Origin: Desulfobacterales bacterium
GTDB lineage: Bacteria; Desulfobacterota; Desulfobacteria; Desulfobacterales; UBA2174
Reading direction: 5' to 3'
Assembly (NCBI GenBank): GCA_963668645.2
Contig: CAXXWC010000015.1
Coordinates: 120,074-184,073, forward strand
Length of the DNA stretch: 64,000 nt
Shown: piece by piece, positions 20,356 to 30,351 of the stretch
How positions within the stretch are numbered: the stretch's first letter is position 1
Layout of the letters: every line of letters begins with the position of its first letter
The notes under the pieces: model-generated
Databases searched by the model: none
What the model saw: only the letters and a program-made list of their open reading frames with translations
Told to the model about the DNA's origin: nothing
Position numbers and translations under genes: made by a program

Positions 20356-21044
20356 CGGATCCGCCGCCGCAGAAAAGAGACCGAAAGGTTCACGACAAAG
20401 GCGATGGCCAGCAGCACCAGCCCCAGCGCCACCCCCATGGCGAACATCCCCTTGTTGGTTTCCAGGGCGATGGCGGTGGTCATGGTCCGGGTATGCCACT
20501 TGATGTTGCCGCCGACCATCATCGAGATGCCCACTTCGGTCATCACCCGGCCGTAGGCGGTCACCGCCGCGGCCAGAATTCCGAAGCGCGCCTCCCAGAG
20601 GGTCGACAGCAGCAGTTGGCGCCGGTCGGCCCCCAGGGAGCGCAGGGTGACCGAAAGCTGGCGGTCCATGCTTTCGACTGCGGTGGCCGTCAGGGCCACC
20701 ACGATGGGCAGGGCCAGAATCGCCTGTCCCACGGCGATCCCGGGCAGGGTAAAAAGCAGCCCCATGGATCCCAGGGGACCGCGCTGGGAAATAAACGCGT
20801 AGACGATAAGCCCGATCAGCACCGTCGGCAGGGAAAGAAGGGTGTCGACTACGATACGCACGGCCCGCTTGCCGGGAAAGGAATGGTAGCCGAGCCAAAA
20901 GCCCAACGGCAGACCGGCCACCAGACTGACGGTCATCGAAAAACTCGACACCTTGAGCGTGGCCGCCACGGCGGCAAAAGTCTCGGCATCGGCGTCGATC
21001 AGAAGGGCAAACGCCTGGACGATTCCTTCAAGGATGAATTGCAT
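20352..21044 (-). CDS. tupB: Tungstate ABC transporter permease
   Basis: LPTVLIGL, GPLG, EVGISMMVGGNIKWHTRTMTTAIALET. Confidence 0.9.
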   Translation of the reverse strand: MQFILEGIVQAFALLIDADAETFAAVAATLKVSSFSMTVSLVAGLPLGFWLGYHSFPGKRAVRIVVDTLLSLPTVLIGLIVYAFISQRGPLGSMGLLFTLPGIAVGQAILALPIVVALTATAVESMDRQLSVTLRSLGADRRQLLLSTLWEARFGILAAAVTAYGRVMTEVGISMMVGGNIKWHTRTMTTAIALETNKGMFAMGVALGLVLLAIAFVVNLSVSFLRRRIR

Positions 21045-21114
21045 GGCGCGGATCGAATCGGCCCGTGATGCCCGACTTGCCTGCAAGAGGTTACAGGCCG
21101 CCGGGCAACCGTAC

Positions 21115-21145
21115 AAAAAAGGGCGCCGCCGCAAAGCCCGCCTTT
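21115..21145 (-). terminator. Terminator-like hairpin between tupA and tupB
   Basis: On the minus strand, AAAGGCG...CGCCCTTTTTT stem with a U-tract. Confidence 0.45.
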
Positions 21146-21171
21146 ATCTTGCCGGACCAAGAGCCGAAGGC

Positions 21172-22007
21172 CTACTGCGCGTTGGGCGTAAAGAGCTGCT
21201 TGCCGAGCAGCTTGAAATCGCCGATCAGCTTCTGGGCACTTTGCCCGGCCATCCAGTTGGAAAAGGCATCCGCCAGTTCGGTCTTGGCATTGGGGCAGCG
21301 GGCCGGGTTGACCGTAATCACGCTGTACTGGTTGAGCAGGATCTGGTCGCCCTGCACCAGAATTTTCAGCGGCGGACTGCCCTTTTGATCGGCTTCGTAT
21401 TTGATGTAGGTGCCCCTGTCGGTCATGGTGTAGCCGTTGCGCTCGGCGGCCACGTTGATGGTGGCCAGCATCCCTTGCCCGGTCTGGATGTACCAGGGCT
21501 CCTTTTCCGGTATCGGGGCCCCGTGGGCCTGCCAGAGCGCCAACTCCTTCTTGTGGGTGCCGGAGTTGTCGCCGCGGCTGACGAAGGTCTGCTGCCCGGC
21601 GCGGATGGCTCCGAGGGCCGCGTTGACCGATTTTCCCTTGACCCCGGCCGGATCGGCGCCGGGTCCGATGATGACAAAATCGTTGTACATCACCTGGCGC
21701 CGGTTGATGCCGAATCCGTCGGCCACGTACTTTTTCTCCGCTGCCGGCGCGTGCACGAGCAAGACGTCCACGTCGCAATTTTGGCCGAGCTTAAGCGCCT
21801 TGCCCGTTCCGGTGGCGGTCCACTTGAGTTCGATCCCGGTCTCCCGGGTGAACTCGGGGGCAAGATAATCGAGCAACCCGGTATTGTCGGTGCTGGTGGT
21901 GGTGGCCATCATCAGAACCTGCCCGGCGTTGGCCGGTGCGATTCAGTCGCAAAACAGATAATCATAACGGTGCCGATGATTCCTGCCATCAAATGATGTC
22001 GTCGCAT
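21172..22007 (-). CDS. tupA: Tungstate-binding protein, with a 1-nt frameshift in the signal peptide
   Basis: MATTTSTDNTGLL, GTGKAL, SRGDNSGTH, DRGT. Strong RBS before ATG 22007; adding one G near 21944 joins the signal peptide to the ORF. Confidence 0.9.
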
Positions 22008-22446
22008 GACTCCCTCCTTGAGGAAATAAGCGCGGAACGGATAGAAGGTTGGATCGAACCCAGTCAGGCAGTCCAACTGTTTTATAGTTAGACGTTACGC
22101 CAGTTGATGTCAAACCGATTCTAGCGTACAATAATTTAAATAACGTAAAATAACCCATAACGACCATGTGCCCTGAATCGCGGATGATCGACAGACTCGG
22201 CACGCTGTAGTGGCCGTTTCGGTAGCGGATTGGAAGCGCCGGCGTGCTTTTTGTCCGAGGCTGTTGGCCCAACGGAGATGGCCTGAACGATACGAAACCC
22301 GACGCCGTGGCCAAAACGGTTGCCAGACGAGGTTGCTCGGCGAAAAATTTGCCAGGGATTGAGGTTGCGCAGAAAACGGGCATGCCTGCCGAAGAATTCG
22401 TGAAAGGAGCGCATCGTGGGAAAACTCGTAAAGGAAGGCGAACAAA

Positions 22447-23448
22447 TTGATACTGATCGCGAGCAGCACATTTGAGGGCGGGAGCGGAAAAGCTGACCAA
22501 GCCGACCCATTGATCACCGGCCGGCTTCATATCGACTCGCCGCTGATGGGCCAATCGCTGGTGAGCAAGGCTTTTTTGAAAAATACGGAATCCAGGGAAT
22601 ACTTCCGGATGCATCCGGACATCAACGTGAAGGTCAGGCAGATAAACTCAAAATCGGCGGCCAGAGCATTATACAGGACGGCTTCATATCGACTCGCCGC
22701 TGATGGGCCAATCGCTGGTGAGCAAGGCCATCCAGGGAATACTTCCGGATGCATCCGGACCAACGTGCTCGGCGGCAGAGCGATTCTCGACATCCTGGTG
22801 CAGGCCAAGGACCGCCACAAGATCCTCTTGATGACCGGCGGCGGCACGCGGGCGCGGCACGTTTACAACGTTTACAACATCGGCGTCGACCTGGGAATGC
22901 CCACCGGGGTTTTATCCAAGCTCGGCGACAAAGTCTCGTGGCAAAACGCCGAGATGCTCTCCGTGCTGCTCTCCAAGCACGGCGGGGTCAAGATCGGCCA
23001 CGGGGACAACCTGGAGCAGTTGACCATGTTCTGCCGCCTGGGATTCTTGCCCATCACCTACGGTATCCCCCCCTACGGCTTTTTCGAGCACCCGGCCGAA
23101 CATGGCAGCATCCCGCCCCACCGGACCGACTGCGGCGCCTTTTTGCTGGCCGAAAACATCGGGGCCCGTTCGCTGATCTATCTCAAGGACGAAAAGGGGC
23201 TTTACAGCGACGATCCCAAGAAGCATGCCGCCGGCGCCGAGGGCTTGACCTTTTACGACCGGATTTCGGCCCGGGAGCTGTTGGCCCTCGACCTGGACGA
23301 CCTGATCATCGAGCGGCCCATCTTGACGCTCCTCCAGCGCAGCAAGTGTCTAAAAGAACTTCAGATCATCGACGCCCTGCGCCACCCCGAACATATCCTG
23401 GCCGCCCTTGAGGGCGAACACGTGGGCACGATCATCTACCGCGACTGA
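22447..23448 (+). pseudogene. Molybdenum storage protein (MosA/MosB-like, amino-acid kinase fold); 5' part duplicated or scrambled
   Basis: HIDSPLMGQSL, KIGGQS (out of frame, 22650-22667), TGGGTRARH, PPY, IPPHRTDCGAFLLAE, KDEKGLYSDDP, GEHVGTII. Confidence 0.75.
22522..22760 (+). repeat. Local direct duplications in the mos-like gene
   Basis: 50 bp at 22522-22571 = 22679-22728; 31 bp at 22590-22620 = 22730-22760. Confidence 0.92.
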
Positions 23449-23534
23449 ATAATCGAGCCGCAAAGGAGACCTCCCCCGGACGGCTCGACTCAGGGCCGGC
23501 TCCAATCCGGCGGCCAAGGCCTGGCGGGCCGCGG

Positions 23535-23744
23535 TTACTTGTCCTGGCCGCTGCCGTCCCCCTTGTTGGGCAGGAAGACAACCTGAGCGCCCACGGCGGC
23601 GGCGATCTGGTCGATTTCCTGCCTGCGCACATGGCGTGAGTAGAGCTTCAGGTCACCGCCGCTGACCCCGACGACGCGGAAACGCGGTTTTTTTTCTCCC
23701 TTGTCGACTTTGCGCCGTTCCCGGACAAAGATTGTGGTGGACAT
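23535..23744 (-). CDS. Small hypothetical protein (69 aa)
   Basis: Strong RBS AAGGAGG; divergent from padR. Confidence 0.7.
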   Translation of the reverse strand: MSTTIFVRERRKVDKGEKKPRFRVVGVSGGDLKLYSRHVRRQEIDQIAAAVGAQVVFLPNKGDGSGQDK

Positions 23745-23820
23745 GGCGACCTCCTTGGGGCAAGTTGTTTTAAAAATAGGGGCATATACTACGATACTAA
23801 CCTATATCCTTTAAGGACAT

Positions 23821-24207
23821 ATGTCAATATCAGAAAACAACAGCCCCCAACCGGGCAGCGGCAAGCGTGAACGCTACATCCAGCCTTCGATTTTGATGGG
23901 ATTGTACCGCCGCGCCTCTTACGGCTACGAGTTGATCCAGACGATCGGCCAGTACGGATTTATCCAGGGCACGGCGCCGCCCGGGATGATCTACCGCCAC
24001 CTGCGGCAGCTGGAGGAGGACGGGTTGGTGGTGTCTCACTGGCAGACCGAAGAAGCCGGGCCGGCCAAGCGGATCTACACCCTGACGGCCGATGGACGTG
24101 ACCTGCTCGGCCTGTGGATCGACCATATGAGCGAGCAGGCCGAACGGCTCCAACGATTCGTGGCGTGCTACCGCGAAGCATCGGTCGAGGCAGAACAGGC
24201 CGGCTAA
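23821..24207 (+). CDS. PadR-family transcriptional regulator
   Basis: SYGYEL, PGMIYRHLRQLEEDGLV, GPAKRIYTLT. Confidence 0.9.
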   Translation: MSISENNSPQPGSGKRERYIQPSILMGLYRRASYGYELIQTIGQYGFIQGTAPPGMIYRHLRQLEEDGLVVSHWQTEEAGPAKRIYTLTADGRDLLGLWIDHMSEQAERLQRFVACYREASVEAEQAG

Positions 24208-24321
24208 GTCTGAACGCCCACCCGCACAAAGAAGCGCCACCACCTAGCGGCTCATCGCACCGATATCCATCCACCCGCCGCAAGCATCGCGGCTCAGCAG
24301 CCGTCTTTGGGGCGCTATTCT

Positions 24322-24834
24322 TTATTCATCTCGTTGCGCATCAGGCCTGAAGCGGTGGTCGGAGCGCAGGGTCCGGGCTTTTTGACTCTGTGCTTCCATC
24401 CAGCCGGTGCGCTCGACGACCGGAGCATCGAAGGCGGGCACGAAGGGCTTGATGTCCAGCAGCGGTGTGCCGTCAACCACGTCGATACCCTGGACGTGCA
24501 GCACGTTGCCTTCCCGTTTGAGCAGCCGCACCACCGAAAGACCGATGGGATTGGGCCTGCGCGGGGCCCGGGTGGAAAACAGGCCGCGCTCCACAGTGTC
24601 CATGAAAGGGGTCACCTTGAGCCGGTACCCCTTGGAGCGGTGGAAATGGTAGATGAGTATGAGGTGGGAAAACTCGTCCAGGTCGTCCAGGGCCTCGGAC
24701 AGCTCCGGGCGCACCACCACCCGGCCGATCACCTCGACCGCTCCGCTGGGTTGAATCGGCATGCCGGCCGGATCACCGAAAGGGGTCTGGATGGTACCGA
24801 TGGGGCGGAAGCTGAGTGGATCATTATTTTGCAT
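24322..24834 (-). CDS. tsaA: TrmO/TsaA-family SAM-binding methyltransferase
   Basis: PIGTI, GLFSTRAPRRPNPIGLS, DGTPLLDIKP. Confidence 0.88.
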   Translation of the reverse strand: MQNNDPLSFRPIGTIQTPFGDPAGMPIQPSGAVEVIGRVVVRPELSEALDDLDEFSHLILIYHFHRSKGYRLKVTPFMDTVERGLFSTRAPRRPNPIGLSVVRLLKREGNVLHVQGIDVVDGTPLLDIKPFVPAFDAPVVERTGWMEAQSQKARTLRSDHRFRPDAQRDE

Positions 24835-24836
24835 CG

Positions 24837-25880
24837 TTATTCCATGACATGGATCTTGTCCGGTGGCACCCTCAACCAGACTTGGCCTCCTTCAACAATG
24901 CCTTCGGCCATCAAACGACCGGTGGGCACGATGGCCTGCCAGCAAAGGGCTTCGCAGCGAACCTGGACATCACAAAAAACGCCCTGATGGGCGATGCGCA
25001 CCACCTGCCCGGCAAACCGGTTGCGCCCGTCATCGCCACCCAAAGACGAGTTGCGGGAAATCTGAATATCCTCGGGTCGCACGGCCAGGTACCGGCAGGT
25101 CTCAGCCACAGGGGTGCCCAAATCAAGACGCACCGCCCCTGCCTGGGCTGTGCCCCCCTCGAAGTGCGCCGCCAGGATGTTTTTCATCCCCACAAATCCG
25201 GCCACCGCCGGGCAGACCGGCCGCTGAAAGACCTCGGCCACCTGTCCGATCTGTTCGATGCGCCCGGCATTGATCACCGCCGTGCGTGCCGCCAGAAAAT
25301 GCGCCTCGGCAAAATCGTGGGTCACCATCAGCACCGTCAGCCCCGTCTCATGGTGCAACTTCTTGAGCAGATCCCGGATTTCTTCACGGAAATTTGGATC
25401 CAGGGCCGACAGGGGCTCATCGAGAAGCAGGATTTCGGGAGCCACGGCCAGGGCCCTTGCCAGGGCTACCCGCTGGCGCTCGCCGCCGCTCAAATTGGCC
25501 ACGCCGCGATCAAGCAGCGAATCGAGCCCCAGGCGCCGGATGAGACCTGCAATCCTTTCTCGCCCCCCCGCTTCCCGAGGCCGGTAGCGCAGCCCGTAGC
25601 GGATGTTGCGGGCCACCGAAAGGTGGGGGAAAAGGGCTTGATCCTGGTAAACGATGCCGATTCCGCGGCGTTCGGGGGGAAGATCGGTCACGTCCCGGCC
25701 GCCGATCAGGATCCGGCCCCCATTGGGGGGCACCATGCCGGCAATGGTTTCCAAAATCAGGGTCTTGCCCGCCCCGGTAGGCCCAAGGATGGTGAAAAAT
25801 TCGCCGCAGGGCACGTGAAAAGATACCGCCTCCAGGGCGAATCCCGGCAGCCGGACGCATAGATTATCGACTCGGATCAT
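24837..25880 (-). CDS. wtpC: Tungstate/molybdate ABC ATPase
   Basis: GPTGAGKT, LFPHL, LSGGE, LLLDEP; C-terminal TOBE-like region. Confidence 0.82.
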   Translation of the reverse strand: MIRVDNLCVRLPGFALEAVSFHVPCGEFFTILGPTGAGKTLILETIAGMVPPNGGRILIGGRDVTDLPPERRGIGIVYQDQALFPHLSVARNIRYGLRYRPREAGGRERIAGLIRRLGLDSLLDRGVANLSGGERQRVALARALAVAPEILLLDEPLSALDPNFREEIRDLLKKLHHETGLTVLMVTHDFAEAHFLAARTAVINAGRIEQIGQVAEVFQRPVCPAVAGFVGMKNILAAHFEGGTAQAGAVRLDLGTPVAETCRYLAVRPEDIQISRNSSLGGDDGRNRFAGQVVRIAHQGVFCDVQVRCEALCWQAIVPTGRLMAEGIVEGGQVWLRVPPDKIHVME

Positions 25881-26662
25881 GTCCTTGTCCGACCGGCCGG
25901 ATTGAGCCACCGCAGCAGGAGAAACAGGCCCAGGCAGACAAAGATCAACCAAACGGCCACTGGCTGACTGTAGCGCAGCCCGTAGGCCGTAAAGCGCTCG
26001 TAGATCATCACCGGGGCGATCATGGGATGGTAAGCCACGATGACCACGGCCCCGAACTCGCTCACCGCCCTGGCGGTACACAGGATCATGCCCACGATGA
26101 CACTGCGCCACGCCAAGGGAAAAGTGACGCGCCAGAACGTGCCGAAAGCGGTGGCGCCGAGGCTGCGCGAAACGTTTTCCAGGCGCCTCGGAATCGCCTC
26201 GATCCCATTTTTGACCGTGTTGATGTAAAACGGCAGGCCCACGAAGGTCAAAACAATGACGATGCCGGTCACCGACCCCATCACCCGCACCCCCAGGTCG
26301 GCTGCCAGCCGTCCGATCCAATGCTGGCGCCCGGCCAGGCTGAGTACGGCGATCCCGATCACCGGGTGAGGGATCATGATGGGCAAATCCACCACACTCT
26401 CGATGAAACGCTTGCCGGGAAACTCGCGGCGGGCCAGCAGATAAGCAAAAGGCGTCCCGAAAACAAATGAGATCAAGGCGGCCGTCCCGGAGGTGGAGAC
26501 CGACAGCCAGATGGCCCGGCGCACGTCGGCGTCGGCGATGCTGGCCTTGAGATCGGCAGCCGTCGGCTGACGGATCATCTCCACCAGAGGGACCATGACA
26601 AACCCCACCACCAGAAGGGTACAAACGGCGGCCAGGGCATGAAAGGGGTCAGGACGGCGCAT
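25877..26662 (-). CDS. wtpB: Tungstate/molybdate ABC permease
   Basis: DLPIMIPHPVIG, ARAVSEFGAV..AYHP. Confidence 0.85.
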   Translation of the reverse strand: MRRPDPFHALAAVCTLLVVGFVMVPLVEMIRQPTAADLKASIADADVRRAIWLSVSTSGTAALISFVFGTPFAYLLARREFPGKRFIESVVDLPIMIPHPVIGIAVLSLAGRQHWIGRLAADLGVRVMGSVTGIVIVLTFVGLPFYINTVKNGIEAIPRRLENVSRSLGATAFGTFWRVTFPLAWRSVIVGMILCTARAVSEFGAVVIVAYHPMIAPVMIYERFTAYGLRYSQPVAVWLIFVCLGLFLLLRWLNPAGRTRT

Positions 26663-26672
26663 CGGCTGGGGG

Positions 26673-27662
26673 CTACTTCCTGATGTCCACCAGGTCGGGC
26701 AGTCTGCCTGGCAGGCTGCTTCTGACCTCTTGGGAAACCACCTGGCTGGGCGCGATGGCCGGCTGGCCCATTTCCTCCAGGACTTTCAACCCGCCGTTCG
26801 GGTCGAGAAGGTATTCGAGAAATAGAATCGCCCCGTCGCGGTTGGGGCCCTTTTTGACCAGGGTCAAACCGTAAGTGCACGACTGGCCGGTGCGCGTTAT
26901 CCAGGTGCCGGGCGCCTTGCCGGTCACCTTTACCTGCGCCATGGCGTAAAAATTATCGTACTTGTAGTTGCCCAGGTTGATGTGATCGTTCAAAATGACA
27001 TACTTCAAATCATGCTGCTTGGCCACCGAGAGGTATTCCCAGGCATAGTCCATATTTCCGGTCTTGAGTAGTGAAACGAGTTCAACCGATTTAGGCCGCA
27101 CGTTGGCCTCGGGCCGATTGGCGATCAGACGATCGTAAAGCCCGGGCTTGTTGTAGAACTTTTCGGCCAACTGGAGAACCATCAGCGCCCGGTAGCCGCA
27201 AGGGTCCAGGTTGGGATCACTGTGCCCCCAGACCACTTCCGGGCGGGCCAGGATGTCGTACCAGTTTTCCGCATCGACCTCGGCGGCGAATCTGCTCTGA
27301 TCGGTGTAGCAGAGCACGAGCTGATTGCTGGCGAAAATGATGTTCCAGTCAGCAAAAGCCGGAATCAATCCTTTGTCGATCACCTTGTAATCGGCCGATG
27401 CCATGATGTCCGCCGGCTTGCCCAACTCACTGATCATGCGGGCCATCTTGGTGCTGCCGCCGGCTTCGCGCAGCACGTCGATCTGGGGATGGGCGGCTTC
27501 AAAGCGCTTTTCCACTTCGGCAAACGGTACGGTCAGACTTCCAGCATGAAAAACGATCACCTCTTCTTTGGCTTGCGCCGCCGCACTTAGAGCCATCACC
27601 AGGGCCGTCGCCAGCACGCCGGTTCGCCAGGCCCAAATTCTGAAAATCGATTTTCGTTTCAT
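26673..27662 (-). CDS. wtpA: Tungstate/molybdate-binding protein
   Basis: Signal peptide; [31 protein letters not shown]. Confidence 0.9.
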   Translation of the reverse strand: MKRKSIFRIWAWRTGVLATALVMALSAAAQAKEEVIVFHAGSLTVPFAEVEKRFEAAHPQIDVLREAGGSTKMARMISELGKPADIMASADYKVIDKGLIPAFADWNIIFASNQLVLCYTDQSRFAAEVDAENWYDILARPEVVWGHSDPNLDPCGYRALMVLQLAEKFYNKPGLYDRLIANRPEANVRPKSVELVSLLKTGNMDYAWEYLSVAKQHDLKYVILNDHINLGNYKYDNFYAMAQVKVTGKAPGTWITRTGQSCTYGLTLVKKGPNRDGAILFLEYLLDPNGGLKVLEEMGQPAIAPSQVVSQEVRSSLPGRLPDLVDIRK

Positions 27663-27760
27663 GACGGGATCCCCTCCTTCCAGATTTTGAATGAGCCCTA
27701 AAACAGCCGAAATCGTTCCACCACACCCTCCGGTGACCGCTGGGAATCTCACGGCCCGAT

Positions 27761-28702
27761 TTACGCCTTTTCTTTTTCTTGCCGATCTTCCGCCGACTCT
27801 CCCGGGAAAACCATTCGGCCGCTTAAACTGACATCATAGCCGGCAAGCACTCTGGCACAGTCGAGAAACTCCGCATCATGCAGCAGGCCCAAAAAGTACT
27901 GGACCCCTTTATCGAAGAAACGCTCTTTGGTGACCAGCAGATCGTAACGTTCCCAGCGGATGGGGATAAACTCAAGTCCCAACAGGTAGGCCACCGTGCG
28001 GATCCCCGGGCCTGCATCGGCGTGGCCGGCCAGGATCTCGAGGCCCACGTCCATGTGACGGGCCACCTCAAAGGAGTATCCCTTGATCCGGCTTCCCTTA
28101 ATGCCCGCTTTTTTCAGCTCCATGTCGAGAAGCAGCCGCGTACCGGTACCCAGGGCGCGGTTGACGATGGTGATCCCGGCCTCACCGAGATCGGCCACGG
28201 AACGGATCTTGTGCGGATTGCCGCGCCCCAGAATCAATCCCTGCTCGCGGCGGCAGAAATTGACCACTACCGGGGCGCTCTCGAATTCCTGGCCGGCAAT
28301 CTCGAAGTTGTAGTCCTGGCCTTCTTCCTGCATGAGGTGGCTCGAGGCCAGATGGCAAAGCCCCCGGCGCAGGGCCCGCAATCCGCCCATGCTGCCCAGA
28401 TTGCCGAATACCGCCAGATGGTCCCGATGGCGCTGGTTGAACAGCTGGACGGTCCTGTCCAGAAGCAGGTCGTTGCTGCCTGCCAGGACGAGCAATCCGT
28501 CGTAGGGCGGCAGTTTGTTGGCCGACTCTGGATAGTTGAGCGTGTGCGTTTCGACCCATTGTTCCACCAGGTGCAGCGGAAAGAGCCACTTGCCGGTAAT
28601 CTTGGTGGCAGGCAAGCCTTTTTCCGACACCAGGGTGTAGACCATCTTTTCATTGACGCCTAAAAACTGGGCCGTCTCCTTGGTGGACATGAGACGTATC
28701 AT
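27761..28702 (-). CDS. Excisionase-type HTH plus PBP-domain regulator (TaoR-like)
   Basis: [16 protein letters not shown]...[35 protein letters not shown]; heads the wtp operon. Confidence 0.85.
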   Translation of the reverse strand: MIRLMSTKETAQFLGVNEKMVYTLVSEKGLPATKITGKWLFPLHLVEQWVETHTLNYPESANKLPPYDGLLVLAGSNDLLLDRTVQLFNQRHRDHLAVFGNLGSMGGLRALRRGLCHLASSHLMQEEGQDYNFEIAGQEFESAPVVVNFCRREQGLILGRGNPHKIRSVADLGEAGITIVNRALGTGTRLLLDMELKKAGIKGSRIKGYSFEVARHMDVGLEILAGHADAGPGIRTVAYLLGLEFIPIRWERYDLLVTKERFFDKGVQYFLGLLHDAEFLDCARVLAGYDVSLSGRMVFPGESAEDRQEKEKA

Positions 28703-29005
28703 AATCCGTTTTCCTCCCTAGCATGAAGTTTGCCTTCAACTGGCCACCTCAACCGGGCATGAGAATATTTTGCCTATTCACTTGGGCATCGGTTGTCAAT
28801 TTTTTTTTAGGTAATGACCTTGGATGACGACGAATAACCCAAAATGTGGAAAAGCCCGGAAAACCACCTCGGGGAATTTGGGTATCTGTCGACTTTTTCC
28901 AAAGGCTGCCTTATGCTGTAGGCATTTTACCTGCGCAGGCGTCAAAGCCTCCATCCACCTGCGGGGGGATGGAAGGTCGCACGCAATCCGAAAAGGCGTT
29001 TGATA

Positions 29006-30253
29006 ATGCTGACCGAAAACGAAAAACTGGAAAAACTCACCCGATTGGGCGTGGAGTTGAGCCGGGTCAGGGACCTGGACATCCTCATGGAACGGGTCCT
29101 TGACGACGCGCGTCAATTTGTCAATGCCGACGCCGGTTCAATCTATATTCGACGGGGCGGTGAGCTGCATTTCAGCTACACTCAAAATGACACCCTGCAA
29201 CGCCGGCAGACCCCCGGTGAAAAGCTGATCTATTCGACATTTTGCATGCCCATCGATACCCGGTCCATTGCCGGCTACGTGGCCGCCACGGGAAACCTGC
29301 TCAACATCAACGACGTCTATGCCTTGAGTGAGTCCGAACCTTACGCCTTCAGCAAGCAGTTCGACCGGTCGGCGGGCTATCATACCCAATCGGTTTTTGC
29401 CGTACCGCTCAAAACCGCCCGCGGGGATATCCTAGGCATTTTACAGATCATCAACGCCCAGGACAAGAACAACAACGTGATCCCCTTTTCCACCGAGGAC
29501 GAAAAGATCTTGATCCATTTTGCCAGTGTTGCCGCAGTGGCCCTGGAGCGCGCCCAGATGACACGCGCCATCTTGCTGCGGATGATTCGCATGAGCGAGC
29601 TGCGTGACCCCAAGGAGACCGGCGCGCACGTCAACCGGGTAGGCGGGTATGCCGTCGAAATTTATGAACAATGGGCGCTTCGACGAGGCCTGGATCCCAA
29701 AGAGATGGAGCGCAACCGTGACAGTCTGCGCATGGCGGCCATGCTGCACGACGTGGGCAAGGTGGCCATCAGCGATTTGATCCTCAAAAAGCCGGGACGC
29801 TTCAATACTGAAGAATTCGAAGCCATGAAAGCCCACACGGTGATCGGGGCGCGGCTGTTTCTCGACTCCCAATCGGATTTCGATGAGGCGGCCCGCGAAG
29901 TGGCTCTCAATCACCACGAACGGTGGGATGGAAAGGGGTATCCGGGCATGGTCGATATCCATACCGGCAAGCCACTGCCCGGCCAGACGCTGGCCGATGG
30001 ACGGCCCCGCGGCAAGGCCGGCGAAGAGATCCCGCTTTTCGGTCGCATCGTGGCCCTGGCAGACGTCTATGACGCGCTTTCTTCGGCTCGCATTTACAAG
30101 CCGGCCTGGAAGGAATCGGACGTGCTCGACACCATCGCCAAAGAGGCCGGGGCCCAGTTCGATCCCGAGCTGGTGGAGATCTTCTTTAGCTGCCTTAACA
30201 CATTGCGGGCGATTCAGGAACGGTATAGCGACGACGCGCCGGATGATTGTTGA
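29006..30253 (+). CDS. GAF plus HD-GYP phosphohydrolase
   Basis: GAF N-terminus; ETGAHV, LHDVGK, HHERWDGKGYP, ADVYDAL. Confidence 0.9.
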   Translation: MLTENEKLEKLTRLGVELSRVRDLDILMERVLDDARQFVNADAGSIYIRRGGELHFSYTQNDTLQRRQTPGEKLIYSTFCMPIDTRSIAGYVAATGNLLNINDVYALSESEPYAFSKQFDRSAGYHTQSVFAVPLKTARGDILGILQIINAQDKNNNVIPFSTEDEKILIHFASVAAVALERAQMTRAILLRMIRMSELRDPKETGAHVNRVGGYAVEIYEQWALRRGLDPKEMERNRDSLRMAAMLHDVGKVAISDLILKKPGRFNTEEFEAMKAHTVIGARLFLDSQSDFDEAAREVALNHHERWDGKGYPGMVDIHTGKPLPGQTLADGRPRGKAGEEIPLFGRIVALADVYDALSSARIYKPAWKESDVLDTIAKEAGAQFDPELVEIFFSCLNTLRAIQERYSDDAPDDC

Positions 30254-30351
30254 AGCGAGTTCCCAGCCGGGAGCCGGAACAAACCCCGATCCGGCACACA
30301 ATCGTTGTGACCGAACGAAACGCGCCACATACCCGTCTTTGAAAAAACCTC

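Noticed and set aside
22522..22760. Direct repeats as a CRISPR array or attachment sites
   Set aside because: Only two copies of coding sequence, no regular spacers, and no cas or integrase gene.
22447..23448. Annotation as uridylate kinase (pyrH)
   Set aside because: Motifs such as RARH, IPPHRTD and GEHVGT and the context fit MoSto; no tsf or frr neighbours.
27761..28702. Excisionase-like N-terminus as evidence of a prophage or integrative element
   Set aside because: It is fused to a PBP domain and heads a transporter operon, so it is a regulator; no mobile genes nearby.
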